Source: Candidatus Margulisiibacteriota bacterium
Lineage (GTDB): Bacteria; Margulisbacteria; WOR-1; O2-12-FULL-45-9
Reading direction: 5' to 3'
Length of the DNA stretch: 23,216 nt
Assembly (NCBI GenBank): GCA_034723395.1
Contig: JAYEOW010000055.1
Span: forward strand, 1 to 23,216
Below are positions 1 to 6,399 of this stretch, piece by piece (position 1 is the stretch's first letter; every line of letters starts with the position of its first letter). The notes beneath the pieces are model-generated. The model did not search any database. It saw nothing but the letters and a program-made list of their open reading frames with translations, and was not told the origin of the DNA. A program made the translations under genes and the position numbers.

Positions 1-40
1 AGGCTTGCAGATGGAAAATTTTTGCGATATCATTCTTCAT
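1..40 (-). CDS. 5' end of a minus-strand ORF (MKNDIAKIFHLQA...), putative transposase
   Basis: AAAGGAG (complement of 49-55) lies 8 nt before ATG (complement of 38-40). 13 open codons run to the window edge. Product inferred only from the IS-like end. Confidence 0.5.
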   Translation of the reverse strand, partial: MKNDIAKIFHLQA

Positions 41-88
41 GTGGTAGGCTCCTTTCTTTTTTGTGTAAGATAAGGAAAACCTACCACA
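40..88. promoter_or_regulatory. Stem-loop covering the SD and start of the minus-strand ORF
   Basis: TGTGGTAGG (40-48) pairs with CCTACCACA (80-88). Inner pairs are TCCTT (50-54)/AAGGA (72-76) and TCTT (55-58)/AAGA (67-70). Confidence 0.65.
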
Positions 89-136
89 CTTTTACTTATT
101 TTTTAGCACACTCTTTGCTATAGAGCCATTTTTTCG

Positions 137-165
137 TTGACAATCCCCTGCCTACAATCTATAAT
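137..165 (+). promoter_or_regulatory. Consensus sigma70 promoter of the flagellar-like operon
   Basis: TTGACA (137-142), 17 nt spacer, TATAAT (160-165). ATG at 175 with no SD. Confidence 0.85.
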
Positions 166-174
166 AAAACTACG

Positions 175-912
175 ATGACCGACCGCATATTGGAGATTGG
201 CAAAGCCGGGCTGGAAAGCGCTGATCAAAAGGTCAGAAAGCTGATGGATAATATGGTCAATTCCGCAGTCCCCGGCTATAAAAAATCAGATGTTTCGGTG
301 CGGGCATTTCCCCTCGAACTCGAAGCCGCTTCCCAGCGTATTTCCGCGATGAAACCCCAGGTCGAAGGATCGTTTCATAGCAATATTCAAGGGGCCCTGA
401 TCAAGACGGGAGGTAAGCTGGACCTTGCTCTGGGGTCGGATGGATACTTTGAGATATCCGGTCCGTGGGGTGATGGGTATACTAGGGACGGGAGATTCCG
501 CTTAGATAAAGATGGCAGGCTGCTTACGGTTGCCGGCAACTATCCGGTGATCGGGAGGCACGGTCCGATAATCGTCACCCCCGGATCAGAGATAGAGTTT
601 ACCGAGACTGGTGAAATCAAGATCGATGAATCTGTTGTAGACCATATCAAAGTGGTAAATCCCGAGAACAGGGATACGCTCGAATCTTTGAACGGGAGTG
701 TTTTTAAAAAGAGCGGCGATTTTACCGTAATGATCGAAGTTGAGAATCCGCGTTTGATCCAGGGCTACATTGAAGCCTCTAATGTGAATATTATCGATTC
801 GATGATGGAGATGATCTATCTGGAAAGAATTTATAATATGAACACTAAAATAATCCAGAGCCGTGACGCGACCTTAGCCCGTTCCATGGAGCTTGGAAGG
901 CCTACCCAATAA
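175..912 (+). CDS. flgF: Flagellar basal-body rod protein, FlgF-like
   Basis: Degenerate N-terminal rod motif (DNMVNSAVPGYKK), TGGKLDLAL, YTRDGRF and C-terminal GYIEASNVN. Directly precedes flgG. Confidence 0.8.
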   Translation: MTDRILEIGKAGLESADQKVRKLMDNMVNSAVPGYKKSDVSVRAFPLELEAASQRISAMKPQVEGSFHSNIQGALIKTGGKLDLALGSDGYFEISGPWGDGYTRDGRFRLDKDGRLLTVAGNYPVIGRHGPIIVTPGSEIEFTETGEIKIDESVVDHIKVVNPENRDTLESLNGSVFKKSGDFTVMIEVENPRLIQGYIEASNVNIIDSMMEMIYLERIYNMNTKIIQSRDATLARSMELGRPTQ

Positions 913-926
913 CAAGGAGGTAACTT

Positions 927-1724
927 ATGTTTCAACCGTTATATGTAGCTGCAACCGGCCTGTCAGCAATGCAGGATGAGATCTTGGGGATTACCGATAA
1001 TTTAGCCAATGCTAAAACGGTCGGTTTTAAGAAGGGGCGGACCGAAATGGAGTCCCTTTTTTATATCGAGAAGAGCTTTAAGGACGTTTTATACGAAGCG
1101 ATGTCGGGGAACGAAACACCGCCGGTAAATGTTGAGTACGGGACCGGGGTCAGGATTGCTTCAACCCCGCGAGATTTTACCCAGGGGAGCATTGAAATAA
1201 CCAATAATCCGCTGGACGTGGCAATTAAAGGAGAGGGATTTTTTGTTTTTAAAATGCCGGATGGGACGAATACCTACGGCCGTGCGGGGAATCTCCATTT
1301 GGATAACGCGGGGAACCTGGTTGATCCCAATGGGCATCTCTTCGATCCCGAGATCGTTATCCCCGAAGGGACCACTTCGATCGTTGTCCAGCAGGATGGG
1401 ACGATCCTGGTGGCGGTCAATAATGAAAATGAATATTCTGAGATCGGGCAGATCAACCTGGCGCGCTTTACTAATCCCGCCGGGTTAAAGAGTTTGGGCC
1501 AGAATCTTTATCAGGCGAGCGATGCTTCGGGAGTGCCCTTCATCGGCATACCGGGAGAAGATGGGTTTGGCAGCATGAATCAATACGCGTTGGAGCAATC
1601 AAACGTGGACGTTATTTCTGAAATGATGCGGATGGTAACGGTGCAGAGAGTTTTTGATACGGTTACTAAGGCGGTTCAGTCGTACGAAGGTATGCTGACC
1701 AGTCTTGAGCGGATGAAACAGTAA
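927..1724 (+). CDS. flgG: Flagellar distal rod protein FlgG
   Basis: NLANAKTVGFKK, GTGVR, TNNPLDVAIKGEGFF, NPAGLKSLGQNLY, LEQSNVD. SD GGAGG upstream. Confidence 0.92.
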   Translation: MFQPLYVAATGLSAMQDEILGITDNLANAKTVGFKKGRTEMESLFYIEKSFKDVLYEAMSGNETPPVNVEYGTGVRIASTPRDFTQGSIEITNNPLDVAIKGEGFFVFKMPDGTNTYGRAGNLHLDNAGNLVDPNGHLFDPEIVIPEGTTSIVVQQDGTILVAVNNENEYSEIGQINLARFTNPAGLKSLGQNLYQASDASGVPFIGIPGEDGFGSMNQYALEQSNVDVISEMMRMVTVQRVFDTVTKAVQSYEGMLTSLERMKQ

Positions 1725-1728
1725 GCTA

Positions 1729-1763
1729 GATATGAGATATGTGAGATGTGATATGAGAAATAT
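1729..1763 (+). repeat. Heptamer tandem array at the flgA start
   Basis: GATATGA GATATGT GAGATGT GATATGA GAAATAT. Confidence 0.75.
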
Positions 1764-2463
1764 TTTATTAATCAGTTTGCTAATTGTGTTTATGACAGCT
1801 TCGTTTGCGCTGGAGAATCCGGAGCGGGAGATGACCGAGGTCATCGAGAATTATGTGCTGGAGAAATATCCGGAATGGATCGGGCTGGAGATAAAAGTAA
1901 ATTATAAATATGCGGACAAGACGTTTAATAAGCTCCGTTCCATGGGAGACAAAGTAACGCTCGAAATTCCGGAGCAATATCAAAACAGCCGTCCGGTAGG
2001 GAATGTGATCTTGCCGGTTGTTGTTAGTTCAAAAGGGTATTCAAAGAAGCTGTTTGTGCGTGCTAAAGTGGAGGTTCTCCATGATGTCGCGGTTGCAAAT
2101 AATTATATTCAACGAGGGAGCGTTATAACTGATGAGGATGTAATGATCGAGCAGCGGGATATTGCTATGGTGCCGCAAAAATTCCATTTTAAGCTGGAGG
2201 ATGTGGTAGGGAAAGAGGCCAAGACCTCGATCCCTGAAAAAAGCACGGTTTACGCATGGATGATAAAAGAGGTGCCGCAGGTCCATCGCGGCGATAAAGT
2301 GATGATCAGCATTGTCGGTACCAACCTGATGGTTAAGAGCGAGGGGACCGCGCTGGAAGACGGCTACATCGGGAAGATATTAAAAGTTAAAAGGAAAAAC
2401 GTTAAGAACCCGTTGGAAGGGATTTTAGTCTCTGCTAATGAAGTCGAGGTGGTGTTAAAATGA
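1732..2463 (+). CDS. flgA: P-ring assembly chaperone FlgA (true start may be 1753)
   Basis: Signal peptide ending ASFA, SAF-like region, C-terminal VHRGDKV...GTALEDGYIGKILKV. Lies between flgG and flgH. Confidence 0.85.
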   Translation: MRYVRCDMRNILLISLLIVFMTASFALENPEREMTEVIENYVLEKYPEWIGLEIKVNYKYADKTFNKLRSMGDKVTLEIPEQYQNSRPVGNVILPVVVSSKGYSKKLFVRAKVEVLHDVAVANNYIQRGSVITDEDVMIEQRDIAMVPQKFHFKLEDVVGKEAKTSIPEKSTVYAWMIKEVPQVHRGDKVMISIVGTNLMVKSEGTALEDGYIGKILKVKRKNVKNPLEGILVSANEVEVVLK

Positions 2464-3095
2464 AAATCCCAAATCCCAAATTCCAAATCCTAACAAGGGA
2501 AAATATTATGTTAATGACTACATTGTTGGGATTTTTGATTTTAACATTTGGATTTTCCGCGCAGGCGGACTCGGTTTGGAATAAAGATAGTGCCTCTCCC
2601 TATAGTACGCAAAAAGCGTATAAAGAAGGGGATATTATCAATATAATTATCCTCGAGAGCAGCACTGCTCAGAATAAAGCCGGCACGAGATCGGATGTCA
2701 AAGATGATCTGGGCGCGAGGTTTACCCATACTATATCGCGTTTAGCTCCGGTGATCGGGACCAACAATTCGGCAACCGGGCAATTTTCGAACAAGTATAG
2801 CGGGTTGGGACAGACTTCGCGCACCAGCAATGTACAGGCGCGGATCGCCGCCTGGGTGACCGATGTTAATCCGAACGGGAATTTGAATATCAAGGGGAGA
2901 CACCGGGTTGAAGTTAATGATGAGATTCAGGACATTATGATTACCGGGATTGTTCGGCCTAAAGATATTAGCGGGGCAAATACGATCTACTCTTATCAGG
3001 TAGCGAATGCGGAACTTTCGATCAAAGGGACCGGGGTAATTGCAGAGACCGAATCTCCCGGCTGGCTGACCCGGATCTTTAACTGGATATTTTAG
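2460..3095 (+). CDS. flgH: Flagellar L-ring protein FlgH, no lipobox Cys
   Basis: KAYKEGDIINIIILE, PNGNLNIKG, ITGIVRPKDISGANTIYSYQVANA, PGWLTRIFNWIF. Confidence 0.92.
   Translation: MKIPNPKFQILTRENIMLMTTLLGFLILTFGFSAQADSVWNKDSASPYSTQKAYKEGDIINIIILESSTAQNKAGTRSDVKDDLGARFTHTISRLAPVIGTNNSATGQFSNKYSGLGQTSRTSNVQARIAAWVTDVNPNGNLNIKGRHRVEVNDEIQDIMITGIVRPKDISGANTIYSYQVANAELSIKGTGVIAETESPGWLTRIFNWIF
2464..2555. repeat. Inverted heptamer arrays inside the flgH signal-peptide coding region
   Basis: Left arm AAATCCC AAATCCC AAATTCC AAATCCT (2464-2491). Right arm GGGATTT TTGATTT TAACATT TGGATTT (2528-2555). Confidence 0.75.
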
Positions 3096-3100
3096 GAGAA

Positions 3101-3212
3101 CAAATGACAAATAACAAGTGGCAAATGACAAATAAATCATTAAATCATAAATCAATTAAAAGATTTGGAATTTGGATTTTATTAGGATTTTGGATTTTGT
3201 CATTTGGGTTTT
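3101..3212. repeat. Inverted heptamer arrays inside the flgI signal-peptide coding region
   Basis: Left arm CAAATGA CAAATAA CAAGTGG CAAATGA CAAATAA (3101-3135). Right arm AGATTTG GAATTTG GATTTTA ... GATTTTG GATTTTG TCATTTG (3161-3206). CAAATGACAAA and TTTGTCATTTG are exact reverse complements. Confidence 0.8.
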
Positions 3213-4255
3213 CCGCGCAAGCGGCATCGCCTGCGGTCAGGATCAAAGATATCGCCAACATCTTAGAGGCGAGAGAAAACCAATTAATGGGTTTTGGCCT
3301 GGTGGTTGGATTGAGGAATACAGGGGACAAGACCCAGACCGGGTTTACCCAGCAGGCCTTAACCAATCTTTTATCGCGGATGGGGATTGTTCCGCAGACG
3401 GTCGATTTCAGGTCTAGAAATGTTGCCGCGGTTATGGTTACGGCTAATCTTCCTGCATTTATAAAACCGGGACAGAAATTGGATGTGACCGTATCTTCAG
3501 TAGGCGACGCTAATTCGCTGCAGGGTGGGACATTATTAATGACCCCGCTCTACGGCGCTGACGATAAGGTTTACGCGGTTGCGCAGGGTAGCCTTTTGGT
3601 CGGGCTGAAATCTTCTACCGCTTCCGTCCCCTATATCCGCCGCAGCCAGACGACAGTTGGCCGGATCCCGGGAGGGGCGCTGGTCGAAAAAGAGGTGCCG
3701 GTCTCGGTCGGGGACAAGGGTTTGATTACCATCGTCCTGGATAATCCGGATTTTACTACGGCCACCAGAGTTGCTGCTTCGATCAGCCGGATCGGATTAG
3801 AGGCAAAGGCGAAAGATGCCGGGACGGTAACTATCCCGGTACTCGGGGATATTATAACTACGGTTTCCAGAATAGAAAAACTCACTGTCGTCCCGGATGT
3901 AGTGGCCAAGATCGTGGTTAATGAACGGACCGGTACTATCGTTATCGGAGAGAGCGTAAAAATTGCTCCTTGCGCCGTTTCTTATTCCGGAATTGACGTT
4001 ACGATCGGGAACGTTTCGCTCTTTACCGAGGGGTCGGGCGGAGAAGCGGCCCAGGATGATTCACGCTATCGGGCGCGTTCGGTCGCGCGGTTAGATGAGG
4101 CCAAGGGCGATCTTAAACTGGTTTCGGGTGGGGCGACATTGTCGGCCTTAGTAAGGGCGCTGAACGCGATCGGGGCATCGCCGAAAGATATGATCGCGAT
4201 ACTGCAGGCGATGAAGAAAGCGGGGGCGATCAAGGCGGAGTTAGAGGTAATATAA
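3104..4255 (+). CDS. flgI: Flagellar P-ring protein FlgI
   Basis: RIKDIA, RENQLMGFGLVVGLRNTGD, RNVAAVMVTA, SLQGGTLLMTPL, VNERTGTIVIG, ILQAMKKAGAIKAELEVI. Confidence 0.96.
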   Translation: MTNNKWQMTNKSLNHKSIKRFGIWILLGFWILSFGFSAQAASPAVRIKDIANILEARENQLMGFGLVVGLRNTGDKTQTGFTQQALTNLLSRMGIVPQTVDFRSRNVAAVMVTANLPAFIKPGQKLDVTVSSVGDANSLQGGTLLMTPLYGADDKVYAVAQGSLLVGLKSSTASVPYIRRSQTTVGRIPGGALVEKEVPVSVGDKGLITIVLDNPDFTTATRVAASISRIGLEAKAKDAGTVTIPVLGDIITTVSRIEKLTVVPDVVAKIVVNERTGTIVIGESVKIAPCAVSYSGIDVTIGNVSLFTEGSGGEAAQDDSRYRARSVARLDEAKGDLKLVSGGATLSALVRALNAIGASPKDMIAILQAMKKAGAIKAELEVI

Positions 4256-4257
4256 AA

Positions 4258-4560
4258 ATGGATGGAATTCAAAGTAATATGGTCCGGATACAAGCGATGG
4301 CGGCCATGCAGAATACTGCGAATATACAGCAGCGTGAACAGGTAAAAGATGAATTTATGGCGATCTTTTATAAAGAGATGCTAAAGCAGGCTTTTAAAGG
4401 GCCGAAGTTCGGTCTCGATGAAGAGAACCCGTCCTTTATGGGGACTTATGGATCGGACATGCTGGTGGAAAAATTAGCTATGCAGCTTGCCCAGAGCAAG
4501 GCGTTTGCTGCTGGCAATATTCTTCCAAAAGTAGCAGAAAGAAATGGGATAAATGACTAA
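4258..4560 (+). CDS. flgJ: Short FlgJ-like rod-binding protein, no muramidase domain
   Basis: Follows flgI. EFMAIFYKEMLKQ and SDMLVEKLAMQLAQ resemble the FlgJ N-terminal rod-cap motifs. Confidence 0.65.
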   Translation: MDGIQSNMVRIQAMAAMQNTANIQQREQVKDEFMAIFYKEMLKQAFKGPKFGLDEENPSFMGTYGSDMLVEKLAMQLAQSKAFAAGNILPKVAERNGIND

Positions 4561-5293
4561 GACAAAAAAGCGGGCCGTTAAAAAAGTAAAAAAAATTGTT
4601 GTAAAATCGATCGAAGCGTATATGCCGCTGGTCCATTCGATCGCCTCAATGGTCTCAGGAAAGGGCCTCCCTCCAAATATTGAATACGATGACCTGGTTT
4701 CCGACGGGACCGTCGGGTTAATGAAGGCGTGGGATAATTTTGATCCCAATCGCGGAGTGAAGTTTGAAACCTATGCTTCATACCGGGTGCGGGGAGAGAT
4801 CCTTGACGGATTAAAGAATTACAGCCCGGTCCCGTATCGTGTCCAGGTGATGGTCCGTGACCTGGCGAAAAAAGGGGTAAGCTCGGTCGTTGAAAAAAAA
4901 GGGAAAGAGAAGGAAAAAGAGGTTGAGCTCGAGAAGAAAGAGCTGACCGAGAAAGAATTTAGACAGGCGATCAAGCGGATTAAAAAGATCGTTTCTGCTT
5001 CGGCGTTGATGTATCTGATGTCTTTGGAAAGGATGTCCGCGACCGGATATGAGGCGCAGGTTTCCGGAGAAACCACACCGGCAGCGGAACTTGAATTCGC
5101 CGAACTTAAGGGGAGCATTAGGGGAGCGATCGACGGATTGCCTCCGTTGCAGCGGAAAGTAGTGGAACTATTTTACCATAAGGGGATCAACCAGAAAACG
5201 ATCGCCAAGCGGTTGAAGCTTTCGCGTCCGAAAGTGTGCAGGGTGTTGGCCAAATCGATTAAAATTATAAAAGGTAAATTAAAGCGTGTCTAA
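4553..5293 (+). CDS. Divergent FliA/WhiG-like sigma70-family sigma factor
   Basis: Region 2 DDLVSDGTVGLMKAWDNFDPNRGVKFETYASYRVRGEILDGL. Region 4 AIDGLPPLQRKVVELFY...QKTIAKRLKLSRPKVCR. Confidence 0.85.
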   Translation: MTKTKKRAVKKVKKIVVKSIEAYMPLVHSIASMVSGKGLPPNIEYDDLVSDGTVGLMKAWDNFDPNRGVKFETYASYRVRGEILDGLKNYSPVPYRVQVMVRDLAKKGVSSVVEKKGKEKEKEVELEKKELTEKEFRQAIKRIKKIVSASALMYLMSLERMSATGYEAQVSGETTPAAELEFAELKGSIRGAIDGLPPLQRKVVELFYHKGINQKTIAKRLKLSRPKVCRVLAKSIKIIKGKLKRV

Positions 5294-5585
5294 ACCGTTA
5301 TTTGATCCAACCTTTGGGAACCTTGAGCGGGCAATGGAGATTGCTACCCGCCGCCAGGAAGTTATTACCAATAATATCGCGAACGCAAAAACCCCGGGTT
5401 ACGAAGCCTTGAACTTTGATGAGCAATTGATGCGGGCGACAAAGAGATTGAATAAAAAAGAGGTAGTGCTGGAGGATGAGCTTGCCGCGTTGACCGAAAA
5501 TTCGGTTGCATACTCGTCCTATGTTAAGTTATTATCATCTAAATTCAATGTTTTAAAGACGATCGCGTCCCAGGGGAGGAGGTAA
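5286..5585 (+). CDS. flgB: Proximal rod protein FlgB, short form (GTG start)
   Basis: RQEVITNNIANAKTPGY motif. Directly precedes flgC. Confidence 0.85.
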   Translation: MSKPLFDPTFGNLERAMEIATRRQEVITNNIANAKTPGYEALNFDEQLMRATKRLNKKEVVLEDELAALTENSVAYSSYVKLLSSKFNVLKTIASQGRR

Positions 5586-5591
5586 TAAGCA

Positions 5592-6029
5592 ATGGGGTTA
5601 AATCGGGCGATGGACATTAGTGTGTCGGGGATTAATGCTCAGCGGGTTACTATGGAGCTTATTTCCTCTAATATTGCCAACATCAACACCACCAGGACGG
5701 TATATGGCGGCCCATACCGCCGGCGGATACCGGTACTGGCGGAAAAAAGCGTCTCCTTTGCCGAAGAACTTTCCCGGGCGGAGCGAAGCTTGGCCAGGGG
5801 AGAAGGCGGCGTGGAAGTTTTGGATGTAGTTGAAGATTCGGCCCCTTTCCAAAAAGTGTATAAACCGGGACATCCGGATGCCGACGCCCAAGGGTTTGTG
5901 TCTCTGCCGAATGTGGATCTTTCAGAAGAGATGGTGAATATGGTTTATACCCAAAGGCTACACGAGGCGAACATCACCGCTTTTAACGCGACTAAAAAAA
6001 TGATGCAGGATACATTGCAAATACAATGA
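5592..6029 (+). CDS. flgC: Proximal rod protein FlgC
   Basis: SNIANINTTRT, GGPYRRR, YKPGHPDADAQGFVSLPNVD. Confidence 0.96.
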   Translation: MGLNRAMDISVSGINAQRVTMELISSNIANINTTRTVYGGPYRRRIPVLAEKSVSFAEELSRAERSLARGEGGVEVLDVVEDSAPFQKVYKPGHPDADAQGFVSLPNVDLSEEMVNMVYTQRLHEANITAFNATKKMMQDTLQIQ

Positions 6030-6385
6030 CCGATAAAATTGGACCAATAAGCGCGGAGATGAGATTGGCCCAGATCCTGGGAGATGACATGATCGCGCAG
6101 ACCGCCCCGGTCGCGCCGAATGTCAATCCGGGGGTAGATAAACCGGGTTTTGCGGAAGGAAGCCCGTTTGATGATATTTTAGGGAAGGCGATCCAATCGC
6201 TTAACGCCGTGAGCCGGTCCGAGAGATATGCAGATCAACTGGTAAATAAATATATCCGTGGGGAAGCCGAACTCCACGAAGTTATGGTAGCCCAATCGAA
6301 AATGAGCATCATGGTCCAGTTAGCGGTTACAACCATTAATACAGCGGTGACAACCTTTAAAGAGGTCACCCAAATGCAGATTTAA
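6026..6385 (+). CDS. fliE: Hook-basal body protein FliE
   Basis: FDDILGKAI...LHEVMVAQSK...FKEVTQMQI. Lies between flgC and fliF. Confidence 0.88.
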   Translation: MTDKIGPISAEMRLAQILGDDMIAQTAPVAPNVNPGVDKPGFAEGSPFDDILGKAIQSLNAVSRSERYADQLVNKYIRGEAELHEVMVAQSKMSIMVQLAVTTINTAVTTFKEVTQMQI

Positions 6386-6399
6386 GATAAGGAGTAGAA

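Larger units (their letters stand above)
1..127 (-). mobile_element. Probable left end of an ISL3-family insertion sequence, continuing out of the window
   Basis: The minus strand from 127 reads GGCTCTATAGCAAAGAGTGTG, resembling GGCTCT-type ISL3 termini. A subterminal motif CACACT(T/C)TT is repeated at 85-93 and 107-115. The flank ATTTTTTC (128-135) is AT-rich, and an ORF with an SD starts at 40. The other end and transposase body are not visible. Confidence 0.55.

Noticed and set aside
104..120. TAGCAC-N5-TTGCT resembling a sigma54 -24/-12 promoter or a CIRCE half-site
   Set aside because: The invariant GG of sigma54 sites is AG, the CIRCE second arm is absent, and the sequence lies within the putative IS end.
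4588..4900. A8 tracts in the sigma gene as phase-variation sites
   Set aside because: Short, explained by Lys/Glu codons, and the frame is intact.
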